Shown one piece after another: positions 1 to 12,841 of a stretch of 64,000 nucleotides of DNA (position 1 is its first letter; each line of letters starts with the position of its first letter). The notes under the pieces are model-generated. The model was given only the letters and a program-made list of their open reading frames with translations. It ran no database searches and was not told the origin of the DNA. A program made the translations under genes and the position numbers. Origin of the DNA: Malacoraja senta (Eukaryota); the NCBI GenBank assembly GCA_038087875.1, contig CM075991.1, forward strand, positions 4,526,001 to 4,590,000, given 5' to 3'.

Positions 1-117
<117 letters not shown>

Positions 118-1037
118 TTATAGTTTGTGAACCTCTGCCTCTTCATAGAAGATCGAATAGTACAGCATAACAACAGGCCTTTCAGCCCACAATGTCTGTG
201 CTGAACCTGATGCCAAGAGCATCTCTTATCTACCTGCACGTAATTCATATCCCTCCATTCCCTGCATATCCATACGGCCAAGTCATTGTTAATCCGTGCA
301 TCTTAATCTTCTGGATCAGCCTACCATGGGGACTTTATCAAATGTCTTATTAAAATAACACATTTTGTCAAAGTCTTAAACTCCTCAAATTTTGCTTTTG
401 CTATAACAGTCCAGGACTTTGAAATAGAAATTTGGCCATTCATTTTATCCCAGATTATGCAGTTCCAAAATCTGAAGTTTGGTCCAAACACAATCATTTA
501 ATTTACTTGTTTAAGAAAGAACTGCAGATGCGAAGAAGAGTCTCGACCTGAAACGTCACCAATTCCTTCGCTCCATAGATGCTGCCTCACCCGCTGAGTT
601 TCTCCAGCACCTTTGTCTACATTTAATTTACTTCATAACTTTGCATTTAAAATTGTCCAATCGCTTCTCTTCCCCTTCTTGAGAATGTACTTTTTTTGAC
701 CATTTCTTTGTACTTAATGACACAACTCCTGAAAAACATCTTGACTCTTTTTATTTATTATAAGGCACTAAATGAAGGAAATTAAACACTGTGGTTTTAT
801 GATTTTGCTAGATTTTATCATTTATCTAGATTTCCTATAGCATAACCTGTTGAGCCTTCACCAGGAAACAGATGTTACAAAAATGACACATTTTGTTAAA
901 GCAATAACAATTGCCAAATAAAGGCTGCTCCAAAACAATGTTTTACATACATTTTACAGTAAGAGGCCATATCTTGACATTCCACTGAGCAAAAAAAGCA
1001 ACTAACTCTCAGATTATCAAACCAGAAGCCCACGTTC

Positions 1038-1322
1038 ATAGAAACATAGAAAATAGGTGCAGGAGCAGGCCATTCGGCCCTTCGAGCCAGCACCGCCATT
1101 CATTGTGATCATGGCTGATCATCCCCTATCAATAACCCGTGCCTGCCTTCTCCCCATATCCCTTGACTCCACTAGCCCCTAGAGATCTATCTAACTCTCT
1201 CTTAAATCCATCCAGTGACTTGGCCTCCATTGCCCTCTGTGGCAGGGAATTCCATAAATTCACAACTCTCTGGGTGAAAAAGTTTTTTCTCACCTCAGTC
1301 TTCAATGACCTACCCTTTATTC
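1038..1322 (-). mobile_element. CR1 LINE 3' end (young subfamily, TTTCTATG tail)
   Basis: FFTQRVVNLWNSLP motif on the minus strand; near-identical to 47139-47450. Confidence 0.9.
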
Positions 1323-1714
1323 AAGCATACCACATCTCAGTTGCATTACTCCCAATCATTGCCAATGTGTACTTGCTTTATTTTACTCAGCGGGTCAGGC
1401 AGCATCTCTGAAGAAAAAGATCAGGTGATGTTTTGGGTCAGAATTCTTCTTCTGACTGGAAACGTCACCCATCCTTTTTCTCCAGAGATGCTGCCTGACC
1501 TGCTGAGTTACTCCAGCACTTTGTGTCTACGATATAAGCCAACATCTGCGGCTCCTTCCGAAATATTTTGGCTGTTCTATTTTACTGAGTCACTGTTGCT
1601 TCAGCCCTTTTACCACTTAAATTTGTTCCGAGTCTGTGCTGAACACCCAACTGAAATAGGATCAACCCCCCCCGTAGATATTTCCCTTGTTTCACCCTCT
1701 CTCCTGGGTTTTCA

Positions 1715-2017
<303 letters not shown>

Positions 2018-2660
2018 TTAGGGACCAGCTGAGCAAATGGTGGTTCTGGAAATTGGACCATGTGGAGTCCATATTTTGAAACAGTGCTGGGCCTTTTGAT
2101 GTCATAAGGAATAGTAGAATTAGGCCATTCGGCCCATCAAGTTTACTCCGCCATTCAATCATGGCTGATCTATCCCCCCCTCCTAACCCCATTCTCCTGC
2201 CTTCTCCCCATAACATCTGACACCCATACTATTCAAGAATCTATCTATCTCTGCCTTAAAAATATTCACTGACTTGGCCTCCACAGCCTTCTGTGGCAAA
2301 GAATTCCACAGATTCATCACCCTCTGACTAAAGAAATTTCTCATCTCCTTCCTAAAAGAATGTCCTTTAATTCTGAGGCTATGACCTCTAGTTCTAGACT
2401 CTCCCACTAGTGGAAACATCCTCTCCACATCCACTCTACGCAAAGAAATAACTAAGTGTGATCCCTTTCCCAGTCTGGAAAACCAAGGCAAGTTCATCGC
2501 AAATCGAGACTAATCTTGGCATGAGAAGGGTTGGATACCTCTATAGGAGGCACTAATCCATGAGAGCACACAACTGTCAAAGAAGAATTCAGAACTGCTT
2601 GGAAGCAGCAAAATGAGCCGCAAACTGCACCTTGTATCATGACCACTCTAACCCCTATTT

Positions 2661-3055
2661 CAACTATCCCCATCTACACGTGGGTGGCTTACAACCCAAC
2701 AGTATGAACATTGATATTCTCCAATTTTAGGTGACCTCAAACACCCTCCCCCCTCCCCTTTCTCCCCCCCCCCCCCACTGTGCTCCAGCTGGGTGAACTT
2801 ATTGATCCCCTCCCCCTCCCCCTCCATTCCTTCCTCTGGCTTCACAATTTGCAACTCTTCAATCCTTTTGTCGCACAACTTCTGTTTGTTCATCCTGCCC
2901 CTCCACTCTTCCAGCTTTCTTTCCTCCTCCCCCCTCACAATCAGTCTGAAGTGGAGTCCCAACCCAAAACTTCACCTATCCATGTCCTCCAGAAATGCCA
3001 CCTGACCCACTGAAGTAACTCAGTTACTCCAGCATTTTGAGTATTTTTCTTCTAC
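2661..3055 (+). mobile_element. Penelope-like element 3' end (endonuclease C-terminus relic, C-rich tract, pLTR with decayed hammerhead)
   Basis: ttacaacccaacagtatgaacattgat...aattttaggtga resembles the LQPxGMNIxFSNFR* end of PLE ORFs; followed by the same short repeat seen throughout the window. Confidence 0.65.
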
Positions 3056-3229
3056 AAACACAAGGTTGAGAACAGACTGCTAAACTCGAGCTTCTGGTCA
3101 GCTATGGGAGACAATGCGAATGACAAACCTACTGCAATCCAAGTAGGTTTCCCACTCTACAAACTTATATTTAGGGGTCTCTACTGATTCACAAACACCG
3201 CACTCGAGAAAAAGCCACCAAACCCATCA

Positions 3230-3550
<321 letters not shown>

Positions 3551-4794
3551 TCAGTTCATTGAAAGCAATTTCCATGAACATCTTTTGTGCCATTCCTCTG
3601 GTCCAAATGTCGCTGGCACCAACATGCCAGAGTACGTAACCCCCAACTAACCCTGGGAAATAGATTTGCATAGAAGTAATCGGTTCAGAATCATAAGCTG
3701 TTGGTGTAAATCTGTGCCTTTCTCAATACCACCGATCAACTGCTTTAGGATCTTCATAATGGTTTATGCATTTTGGGTTGGAAGAGCTGCCAGTAACCAA
3801 CTTCACTATTGCTGAGGATTAGGGTAAAAGAACACAAGAAAATAGCCTCTCAAGTCTGTCCCGCCATTCAATGCGATCATGGCTGATCTATCCCAGAATT
3901 CATCCGTACCAGTTCTTCATTGCCCTCAAATTCCCAGATCTTTCAAATATTTACCCATCTCCACAAGCAATACTTCCAATGACCTCGTCTCCACAATCCT
4001 TCATAGGTAGAGAATTCCATAGGTTCACTGCCCCATGCAGAAATTTTCTTGCACACATTAATTTCAAATGACAACGTCCCTTTGCTTGAAACTCTCCCAG
4101 TCATGAAAACATCACAACACTATCCTGTCAAACCCCCTAAGGATCTTACAGATTTCAATAAAGTCACACAATACCCTAAACTCTAAATAATTCAGCCTGA
4201 AATTGTTTAGTCTCTCTTCGTAGGACAACCCTTTCAACCCCAACAATTAGCCTGGTGAATCTCTCTTGGACTGCCTCCAACACTACTATCTCTTTTAGGA
4301 CCAAACCCGTACACTGCATTCCAGCTGTGGCCTCACCAACACCCGCTACAACTGGCTGGCTTAAGTCCTCCCTCCACCACCTCCAGTTTAAATTCCATTT
4401 GGAATATTTTGGAGGACCAAGAAACCAAGAACCAAGAACCAAGAACTGGAACAAAATATCCCATTTTTAAACTCCAACCTCCTTACAGTAAAAGCCAAAA
4501 TGTCATTTGCCTTCTTAACTACTTGTTGGGCCTTCCTGCAGACATCTTGTGATTCATACACTTAACACCTGGATCCCTCTGCTGCAGCCCCTCTCCATTT
4601 AGATGATGTCTTTCCATTCCTCTTTAGCAAAATGCCTGACCTCGCACTTGCCCACAATAAATTTCATTATTGCTCACTATCTATATATCCTGTTGCAGGC
4701 TCACAATATCTTAACATGTCCTTTCATCTAATTTTGTGTTATCCACTCGTTACATCCTGCCAAACTGAAAAGAACAGTATTCCTGGTTCTGTTT

Positions 4795-5231
4795 ATACTC
4801 GCTTATACTCGCTAGAATTTAGGAGATTGAGAGGGGATCTTATAGAAACGTACAAAATTCTTAAGGGGTTGGACAGGCTAGATGCAGGAAGATTGTTCCC
4901 GATGTTGGGGAAGTCCAGGACAAGGGGTCACAGCTTAAGGATAAGGGGGAAATCCTTTAAGACCGAGATGAGAAAAAACGTTTTCACACAGAGAGTGGTG
5001 AATCTCTGGAACTCTCTGCCACAGAGGGTAGTTGAGGCCAGTTCATTGGCTATATTTAAGAGGGAGTTAGATGTGGCCCTTGTGGCTAAAGGGATCAGGG
5101 GGTATGGAGAGAAGGCAGGTACAGGATACTGAGTTGGATGATCAGCCATGATCATATTGAATGGCGGTGCAGGCTCGAAGGGCCGAATGGCCTACTCCTG
5201 CACCTATTTTCTATGTATCTATGTATCTATG
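4795..5231 (+). mobile_element. CR1 LINE 3' end
   Basis: LYSLEFRRLRGDLIETYKILKG...FTQRVVNLWNSLP; ctatgtat tail. Confidence 0.92.
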
Positions 5232-6329
5232 TTTACTATGTGGTAGCCAGTTTTCAATCCATGGTAACACAATTCCTCTAAGTTATGCACCAGCCCCTTG
5301 TGCAACACCTGGTCAAATAGCTTTTGTAAATCTGAGTACACCACATCTACAAGCTTGCCTCTTATCCACTCTCCATCACATACCAAAAGAACTCTGGCCA
5401 ATTTGTCTAACTTGATTTACCTTTCTTAAAAAGGCGTGACTTGGTTTGATTATATTAAGCTTTCTTAAAAAGCTGGATTAATAATCTTTGATTATCGACT
5501 CGCGCATATAGTCAATTCAGCCCCTTGAGTTTATCCAATGAAATAGTGCCTCAGCTCAACAAACGTGTTCTTCCTCAAACTCATTAATATATTTACCAAA
5601 TTATCCTTGGATTTAAAACTAACAATTACCTATCACTAGTTGTCAATTGCAAGTCTACTCCAAATATCTACCATGCTAAACATGGAATTCTGATTATTCC
5701 CCCCAGGAAATTGCTGACAGCAAACCTAGAATACACTCTGCCGGAAAAGACACTACTCGTGCAGCTTCTGCTCTTCCCGCCTAAGATGCTGCTATCCCTG
5801 TTCATCGTGTAGTGGGCCATTTGGCTTTATTTTGTGTATCATTAATTATGGCATTTGCCTTTACATTTTAGTCTGCCCGTAATGATGTGGGTGGGATTTA
5901 TTACGTAGTTGGGGGTGTGTTTGCTGCTGGGTTCTCTTGCGCAGAAGCTTAGTTTGTTAGTTTAGTTTTAGAGCTCAACATGGCAAGAAGGAATATCCTT
6001 CGACCATGTGGAGTTATGCCGAGACATGAGGAGTTTTCTAACGTTTAAAAGCGACATGCTGGAGTTTGACGAAGATTAAAGTGTATGAGTCAGAGAAGAA
6101 GCTTGGATGAATATCTTACTGTTTTTCTTTAACAATAAAGAAACTATTAATCAAAAGACTGTGTTATGAAGATTTATCTTTCGAGAAGCTCTGAAAGTGG
6201 AGAGCTCACATGCATAATACGACATTCTCCAAACCCCATGTTGTCTCTTAAGTGGCTAGAGGGAACAATCCCTTGAACGATATAATAATCTGCCACTACA
6301 CATCATCCCACCAACAGGTGGGCCCTCAC

Positions 6330-6417
6330 CTGCGGGTCCGTTTGGCAGCCCCTCCTGAAGTCCCATCCTGTTTACGTTTTGCTCCTCGTCCTTTGCCACT
6401 CCCTCCAACAGAACCAC
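6330..6417 (-). CDS. ASH2L: ASH2L exon (basic linker): GGSVGGSGKGRGAKRKQDGTSGGAAKRTR
   Basis: 88 bp, ttttcaag acceptor, gtgagg donor, phase 1-2; GKGRGAKRKQ conserved in ASH2L. Confidence 0.93.
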
Positions 6418-9225
6418 CTTGAAAAGAAAACACTGAAGACTGTGATCTGGGAGTAACCAGACGACTCCCAAAAACCCAGAGCTAAGCAGCCATTTGGAGA
6501 AGCAGGTAACGGTTCTGAATAGTATTTTTTTTTTTAAACAGACCAGCCCACAAGCATTCATTTACTTCACATGCCCAAGGTAGGGGAAGAATCCCAAAAG
6601 AAGATTTTTTGGCAGCACCAAAACTAATTTCAGCACAGTTGCACAAGGTTACTCACTATGCTGTCCTTCTCCAGTAAAGGTGTTACTGTCAGAATCTCAC
6701 AGGGAACAAATAAATAAAATTAGATTTTTAAACATGATTTGCTTCTGTTCTATCCAACTATAGGAAAAACCATTTCAGATTCAAGCATACTGTATTATCA
6801 GTTCTATCATAATGTACCAAGTGTAAAGCAAGGATCTCCCTTTAAATAAGCAAGTTGGAAATTCAATGGACGGTGTTGAAGCAGCAGTGGCCTGGGTTAG
6901 TAACGTACTCATGTTATCCCAGCTCTCCTACATCAAATCGTATCTACTCCCCCTCAAAAGCATTCCGTTTCCAATGAAACTTTCTCATAATGCCTGCAGC
7001 CTTTATCTCTCTTTGTTCTACATTTTGCAATGCAAGCAAAAGGGTGCACTTCAAAAAATAAATGACAACTTGCCTACTGAAACCAAGAACTACTTTCCAA
7101 GTTAAGATGCACATATTGGAGATAACCAGACATTGAGAGGGCACAACTAAAATTGACCATACTGCAGCATCTCTACGTATTTATAGCACACATTCATGCT
7201 CCTGAAATTATGGACACCAATTCCATTTTTAATTCATTACGGTGCCCCAAAAAAACAGAGACAATTTACATTTGAAAAAAGGTCTGGCCTTTAGACCCAA
7301 TCAAATCCCTGGCACTGAAGTATTTGCGGCTTCATTATGCAACACTGAGGGTATCATAAGTTAATACGTTATAGGAGCAGAATTAGACCATGCGGCCCAT
7401 CAAGTCTACTCCATCATTCAATCACGGCTGATCTATCTTTCCCTCTCAACTCCATTCTCCTGCGTTCTGCCCAGAACCCCTGACATCTTACCAATCAAGA
7501 ATCTGTCAACTTCCAACTTAAATAATCAGTTTAAATGAAGCACGTAGCAGCACATTCATTAGCATGGTCTGAACAAGTCAAGTAATTTCCTGTTGATGTT
7601 CCAGTCCAGTTGCATTAACTAAATCTGTGTGCTGCTGTGTGTTACTGACTGGCTTACACGATTGACACCACTTTGTTCCATTCCAATATCTTGCTTCTCA
7701 CAAAACTGTTGGGAGCGAAAATATACGCTGCAGCTTGTCCAAGGTACATTTTAAAACTGTGCAACTTTCAAAGTTAAAACCAGTTTGTCTATGTGCAAAG
7801 ATCGTCTTGATTTCTAGGTGGGGTGGGGGGAAGCAGGGTGGGAGAACTATTAATTTAGAAAAGGCAGTGAAAGAGGAAGGGAGTGGAAATTGCCTAGGAA
7901 GAAATCATTTGGTCCAGTAATTAAGTAATGCATAATGTCTGAGCAAAATATATGGAGCTGAAGTGAAGAAGAGAGTACAAATATGTAAGCAACTTCAAAC
8001 TGCTCGTAGTTCATTAGGATTAAGATAAAAAAAATTAACACCACTTCAAACAATAGTTACCATTCACCCCAAATCCCTTCCCAGCAGCTTTGTTTTGTAA
8101 GAATGAAATGCACTGGAGAAAGAACCTTTAAGGTCCACAGAGCATGAAAATGATCTGACTTTAAGGACAACAAATTATGATCTGTGGAGTCATCTTCTTC
8201 AAAGCAATCTTTCTCCAAGGAAGATATTAGTTTTTTTGTACCTAGAAAAGTATCAAGTACTTCATAAACTAAGCAAGAGTCTGAAGAAGGGTCTCGACAC
8301 AAAATATCACCTATTCCTTTTCTCCAGAAACGCTGACTAACCCACTGAGTTACTCCAGCATTTTGTGTCTATCTTCGGTGTAAACCAGCATCTGCAGTTC
8401 CTTCCTACGAAAAAGTCACCCAGCTTGGTTAGTAAAAGTCAAAAATGTATTGATTACACAATGAACGTTTGAAGGTGTATTGAACCAATAAGCTAATCTA
8501 TCCATGTTTTTAGATTTGAAAATCTTCTGATCAACACCAGAACTAATTCTCATTGATTATAAGTCAATCAAGCCTCTTTCACTTTAACCCCACTTTGCAT
8601 TGTACTGGAAAACAAGCACAATTTAACGATACATTGCCTAACACGTATATTAAACAAAGGACAATTCGTACATTAAAGAACATATTCTTAAATTAACCCA
8701 AAGGCACTTCACACGATGCATTCTTATTGATGAATTGGGTCAGATCAATAAGGTTGAAGTACTATGTAGGATCTATTCTATCCATACGTGGGAAGATAAC
8801 TGCAAGCTCATTGAAGGAGGACAATTGCAAACAACTGCCCAGGGCTAACACCTTTATTCAACATTTTGAGCTGCTATTGCAGCAAATGAAAAGCAAGTTG
8901 AAGATAGCACAAATCTATAGTTATATCCACTACTCTCTGCAGAAGAAAATCTAACCACTATCTGTAACTTCCAGATCTGAAATAAGATCACCAACAGCTA
9001 GACTTCCAGCTTTAGGCAAGTATAAACCTGTGTGTCATCTGAAAACACATCAGCTGAAGTTCTTTACTGAAATGTTCATCCAAGACTCCATGCAGAGGAT
9101 GTTCTAAACTCGGCTACGCTGGTGGTGTGAAGGGGACAGGGCTCCCACCTGCAGCATAACTTGGATCTTCTCCCCACCCCAACCACGCTTTGATCTTGGC
9201 ATTTCCAGCAGAAATCGCAACTCAC

Positions 9226-9288
9226 CTTGTGTGGAGTCACGGGTGCGACCCCCAGTCCCGTCACTGCCCGCCGCACCGCTGAGTTGCC
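9226..9288 (-). CDS. ASH2L: Candidate ASH2L cassette exon, 63 nt: (G)QLSGAAGSDGTGGRTRDSTQ(G)
   Basis: Acceptor tttgtgtttgcag, donor AAG|gtgagt, symmetric phase 1-1, no stop; no transcript evidence. Confidence 0.55.
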
Positions 9289-10028
9289 CTGCAAACACAA
9301 ATTGTGAAGCCACGATTCTCGCGTGTCAGCCTGTCGGGTTTAGTCAGCAGAGTGCAGGCCAGTGTCCAGCAGAATAAAAATGGACCTGGCTTAACACAGG
9401 ACATGGAGACCAACACTTCAATAAAAGCTCTGCGTGGACAAACAGCAAGAGCTCCACAAGACTGGGGGAGGGAGCCTCGACACTGACCTGTATTGATATC
9501 TGCTCTCCAGATGATGCCAACTTGCGCCAAGGTATAGGCTCTAGACATTGGTCATGTTCCATTGCCAACTGATGTAGCCATGCCTTGCACAAATGCCCTG
9601 GTAATCAACAGCTATTTGACACAATGTCAATGTCGAACAAGCTCTCCCACTTATGCAATTACGGGGATCAGTGATAACAAACAAAAAACACAGGCAATCG
9701 ATTAAAGCTGACAATGGATTCTTCCATCCCATGCCAGCTGCAACCTCCATTCAGGGAAGGCTGAAGCTACGTTGCAGAACTCGCGCTGCCCCTTAGACAA
9801 GAGCAGCACACTCAGCAGGATCTAGACCACCCATTTACCCGCTCGAGGGGCGAGAGGCACAAAACAAAGCAGCAAGAGTTGCCAGGAGGAAAGATAATGA
9901 TCAAAAGAGCAATGAGAAAGCACTCAACTAGAGGGCAGGGGTGGGGGAGAAAGGACATTGCACGTAGAAATCCAGTGCACTTAAATGTGAAACCATTCCC
10001 CGATTGGGTCTGAACTGCAGTAACTCAC

Positions 10029-10046
10029 CTGGGCCCATGGTGCAAC
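10029..10046 (-). CDS. ASH2L: Candidate ASH2L microexon, 18 nt: (G)CTMGP(G)
   Basis: ctgtag|GTTGCACCATGGGCCCAG|gtgagt; consensus donor, phase 1-1, frame-preserving; acceptor tract weak. Confidence 0.55.
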
Positions 10047-10330
10047 CTACAGTTTTATGGTAACTCGTATCACGGCCAACCTAACCTCCCCTCGACTGCC
10101 TATGAGTGCAGCTTATAACCCTTGAATTTACAACTTTTAAAATGCTCATCATCTAAAGCGCAACACGGCAACAACAAAAAAAGGAAATCTCCACCACCAC
10201 CGCCCACTCCAAATTTAAATGGATCATCTGATTTGAACTGTGCAAGAAATGCATCATAACAGAAACATTACCATCACCCTCACCTGCATTTTCTATTTTT
10301 TTGTTATTAACTGTTGTTCCAATTCAAATA

Positions 10331-12841
10331 CAGTGCCCTCCATAATGTTTGGGACAAAGACCCATCATTTATTTATTTGCCTCTGCATTCCACAATTTGA
10401 GATTTGTAATACAAAAAAATCACATGTGGTTAAAGTGCACATTGTGAGATTTTAATAAATTACAGCAATGTTTATACATAGTCCCGCCATTTCAGGGCAC
10501 CATAATGTTTGGGACATAGCAGTGTCATGTAAATAAAAGTATCTTTAGTATTCTGTTCAATATCCTTTGCATGCAATGACTGCTTGAAGTGTACAATTCA
10601 TGGACATCACCAGTTGCTGGGTGTCTTCTCTGGTGATGTTCTGCCAGGCATGTATTGCAGCCATCTTTAGCTTACACTAGTTTTGGGGGCTAGCACCCTT
10701 CAGTTTTCTCTTCAGCATATAAAAGGCATGCTCAATTGGGTTCAGATCAGGTGATTGACTTGGCCACTCAAGAATTGAGCATTTTATAGCTTTGAAAAAC
10801 TCCTTTGTTGTTTTAGCAGTATGTTTGGGATAATTGTCTTACTGTAGAATGAACCGCCGGCCAATGAGTTTTAAGGCATTTGTTTGAACTTGAGCAGATA
10901 GGATGTGTCTCTACACTTCAGAATTCATTGCGTGACTACCTTCAGCAGTTGTATCATCAATGAAGATAAGTGAGCCAGTACCTTCAGCAGCCATACATGC
11001 TCAGGCCATAACACCATATTTCACAGATGAGGTGAAATGCTTTGGATATTGGGCAGTTCCTTCTCGCCTCTATGGTTGTGAACGATTGCAGCAGGATCTG
11101 GATCGATTAGCCAGGTGGGCAGAGGAAAGGTTGATGGAATTTAATACAGAGAAGTGTGAGGTGTTGCATTTTGGGATGTCAAACAAGGGCAGGACCTACA
11201 CAGTAAATTGTCAGCCTCTGGGTAGTGTTGTAGAGTAGAGGGATCTAGCAGTACAATTGCATGGTTCCATGAAGGTCGAGTCAGAGGTAGATAATGTGGT
11301 CAAAGAGGCTGTTGGCATTTTGGCCTTCGTCAGTCAGAGTATTGAGTATAGAAGTTGGGAGGACATGTTGCTGTTGTATACCGCACTTAGAATATTGTGT
11401 TCAGTTCTGAGCACCATGTTATAGGAAAGATATTGTCAAGCTTAAAAGGGTTCAGAAAAGATTTACGAGGATGTTGCCAGGACTATAGGGTGAGGTTGAG
11501 TAGGCTGGGTCTCTATTCCATGGAGCATAGGAGGATGAGGGGAGATCTTATAGAAGTATACAAAATCAGGAGAGGAATAGATTGGGTAGATGCACAGTGT
11601 TTTTTACCCAGAGTTGGGGAATGAAGGACCAGAGGACTTAGGCTCAAGGTGAAGGGGAGAAGATTTAATAGGAATCAACAGGGTTACTTTTTCCACACAG
11701 AGGGTGGTGGGTGTATGGAACAAGCTGCCAGAGGAGGTAGTTGAGGCTGGGATTACCCCATTGTTTAAAGAAACAGTTGGACAGGTACATGGAGAGGACA
11801 GGTTTGGAGGGTTATGGACCAAGCACAGGCAAGTGTGACGAGGGTAGCTGGGACATGGTTGGCCGGTGTGGGCGAGTTGGGCCTGTTTCCACACTGTTAC
11901 TCTATGACTATGATTCTTGCCATCACTCTGATATAAGTTACTCCAGCATTTTGTGTCTACCTTCGATTTTACGAGCATCTTCAGTTCTTTCTTAAACATA
12001 AATTAATCTTCGTCTCATCTGTCCGCAAGACCTTTTTCCAGAATTGTGGTTGTTCTTTTAAGTACTTCTTGGCCATCTGTAACCTGGCCATCCTATTTTT
12101 GCAGCTAACCAGTGGTTTGCATCTTGCAGTGTAGCCTCTGTATTTCTGTTCATGAAGTCTTCTGCGGACAGTGGTCATTGACAAATCCACACCCGACTCC
12201 TGAAGAGTGTTTCTGATCTGTCGGACAGGTGTTTGTGGATTTTTCTTTATTATAGAGAAAATATTTGTGCCATCAGCTGTGGAGGTCTTCCTTTGGCCTG
12301 CCAGTCCCTTTGCGATTAGTAAGCTCACTAGTGCTCTCTTTCTTCTTAATGATGTTCCAAACAGTTGATTTTGGTAAGCCTAGGGTTTGGCTGATGTCTC
12401 TAACAGTTTTATTCTTGTTTCTCAGTTTCATAATGGCTTATTTGACTTTCATTGGCACAACTTTGGTCCTCATGTTGATAAACAGCAATAAAAGTTTCCA
12501 AAGGTGATGGAAAGACTGGAGGAAAGACTATGTGCTGCGAGCTCTCTTATACCTGCATTAAGGAGGTAATTACACACACCTGAGCAATTACAAACGCCTG
12601 TGAAGCCATGTGTCCCAAACATTATGGTGCCCTGAAATGGGGGGGGAGGGGGGCATGTATAAACACAGCTGTAATTTTTACATGGTGAAACCAAAATGTA
12701 TAAAAAATGGCCTTGAATAAAATCTGACAATGTCCACTTTAACCACATATGATTTTTTTTTCTATTACAAATCTCAAATTGTGGAGTAGAGGCAAATAAA
12801 TAAATGATGGGTCTTTGTCCCAAACATTGTGGAGGGCACTG
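10331..12841 (-). mobile_element. Tc1/mariner DNA transposon (IR/DR type), defective, with nested insertions
   Basis: TA TSDs at 10329-10330 and 12842-12843; TIR CAGTGCCCTCCATAATGTTTGGGACAAAGAC; inner repeat CATAATGTTTGGGACA near 10501; transposase pieces (RRLHEQKYRGYTARCKPL, KKVLRTDETKINL). Confidence 0.95.
11071..11912 (+). mobile_element. CR1 LINE 3' fragment nested in Tc1
   Basis: LQQDLDRLARWAEERLMEFNTEKCEVLHFG and RRMRGDLIEVYKI motifs; tail ctctatgactatga. Confidence 0.9.

Noticed and set aside
4417..4448. Short direct repeats (CCAAGAA)x4
   Set aside because: Simple tandem repeat with no spacers; not CRISPR-like
5740..6230. Possible decayed transposon or pseudo-ORF
   Set aside because: No TIR, TSD or protein motif I could support
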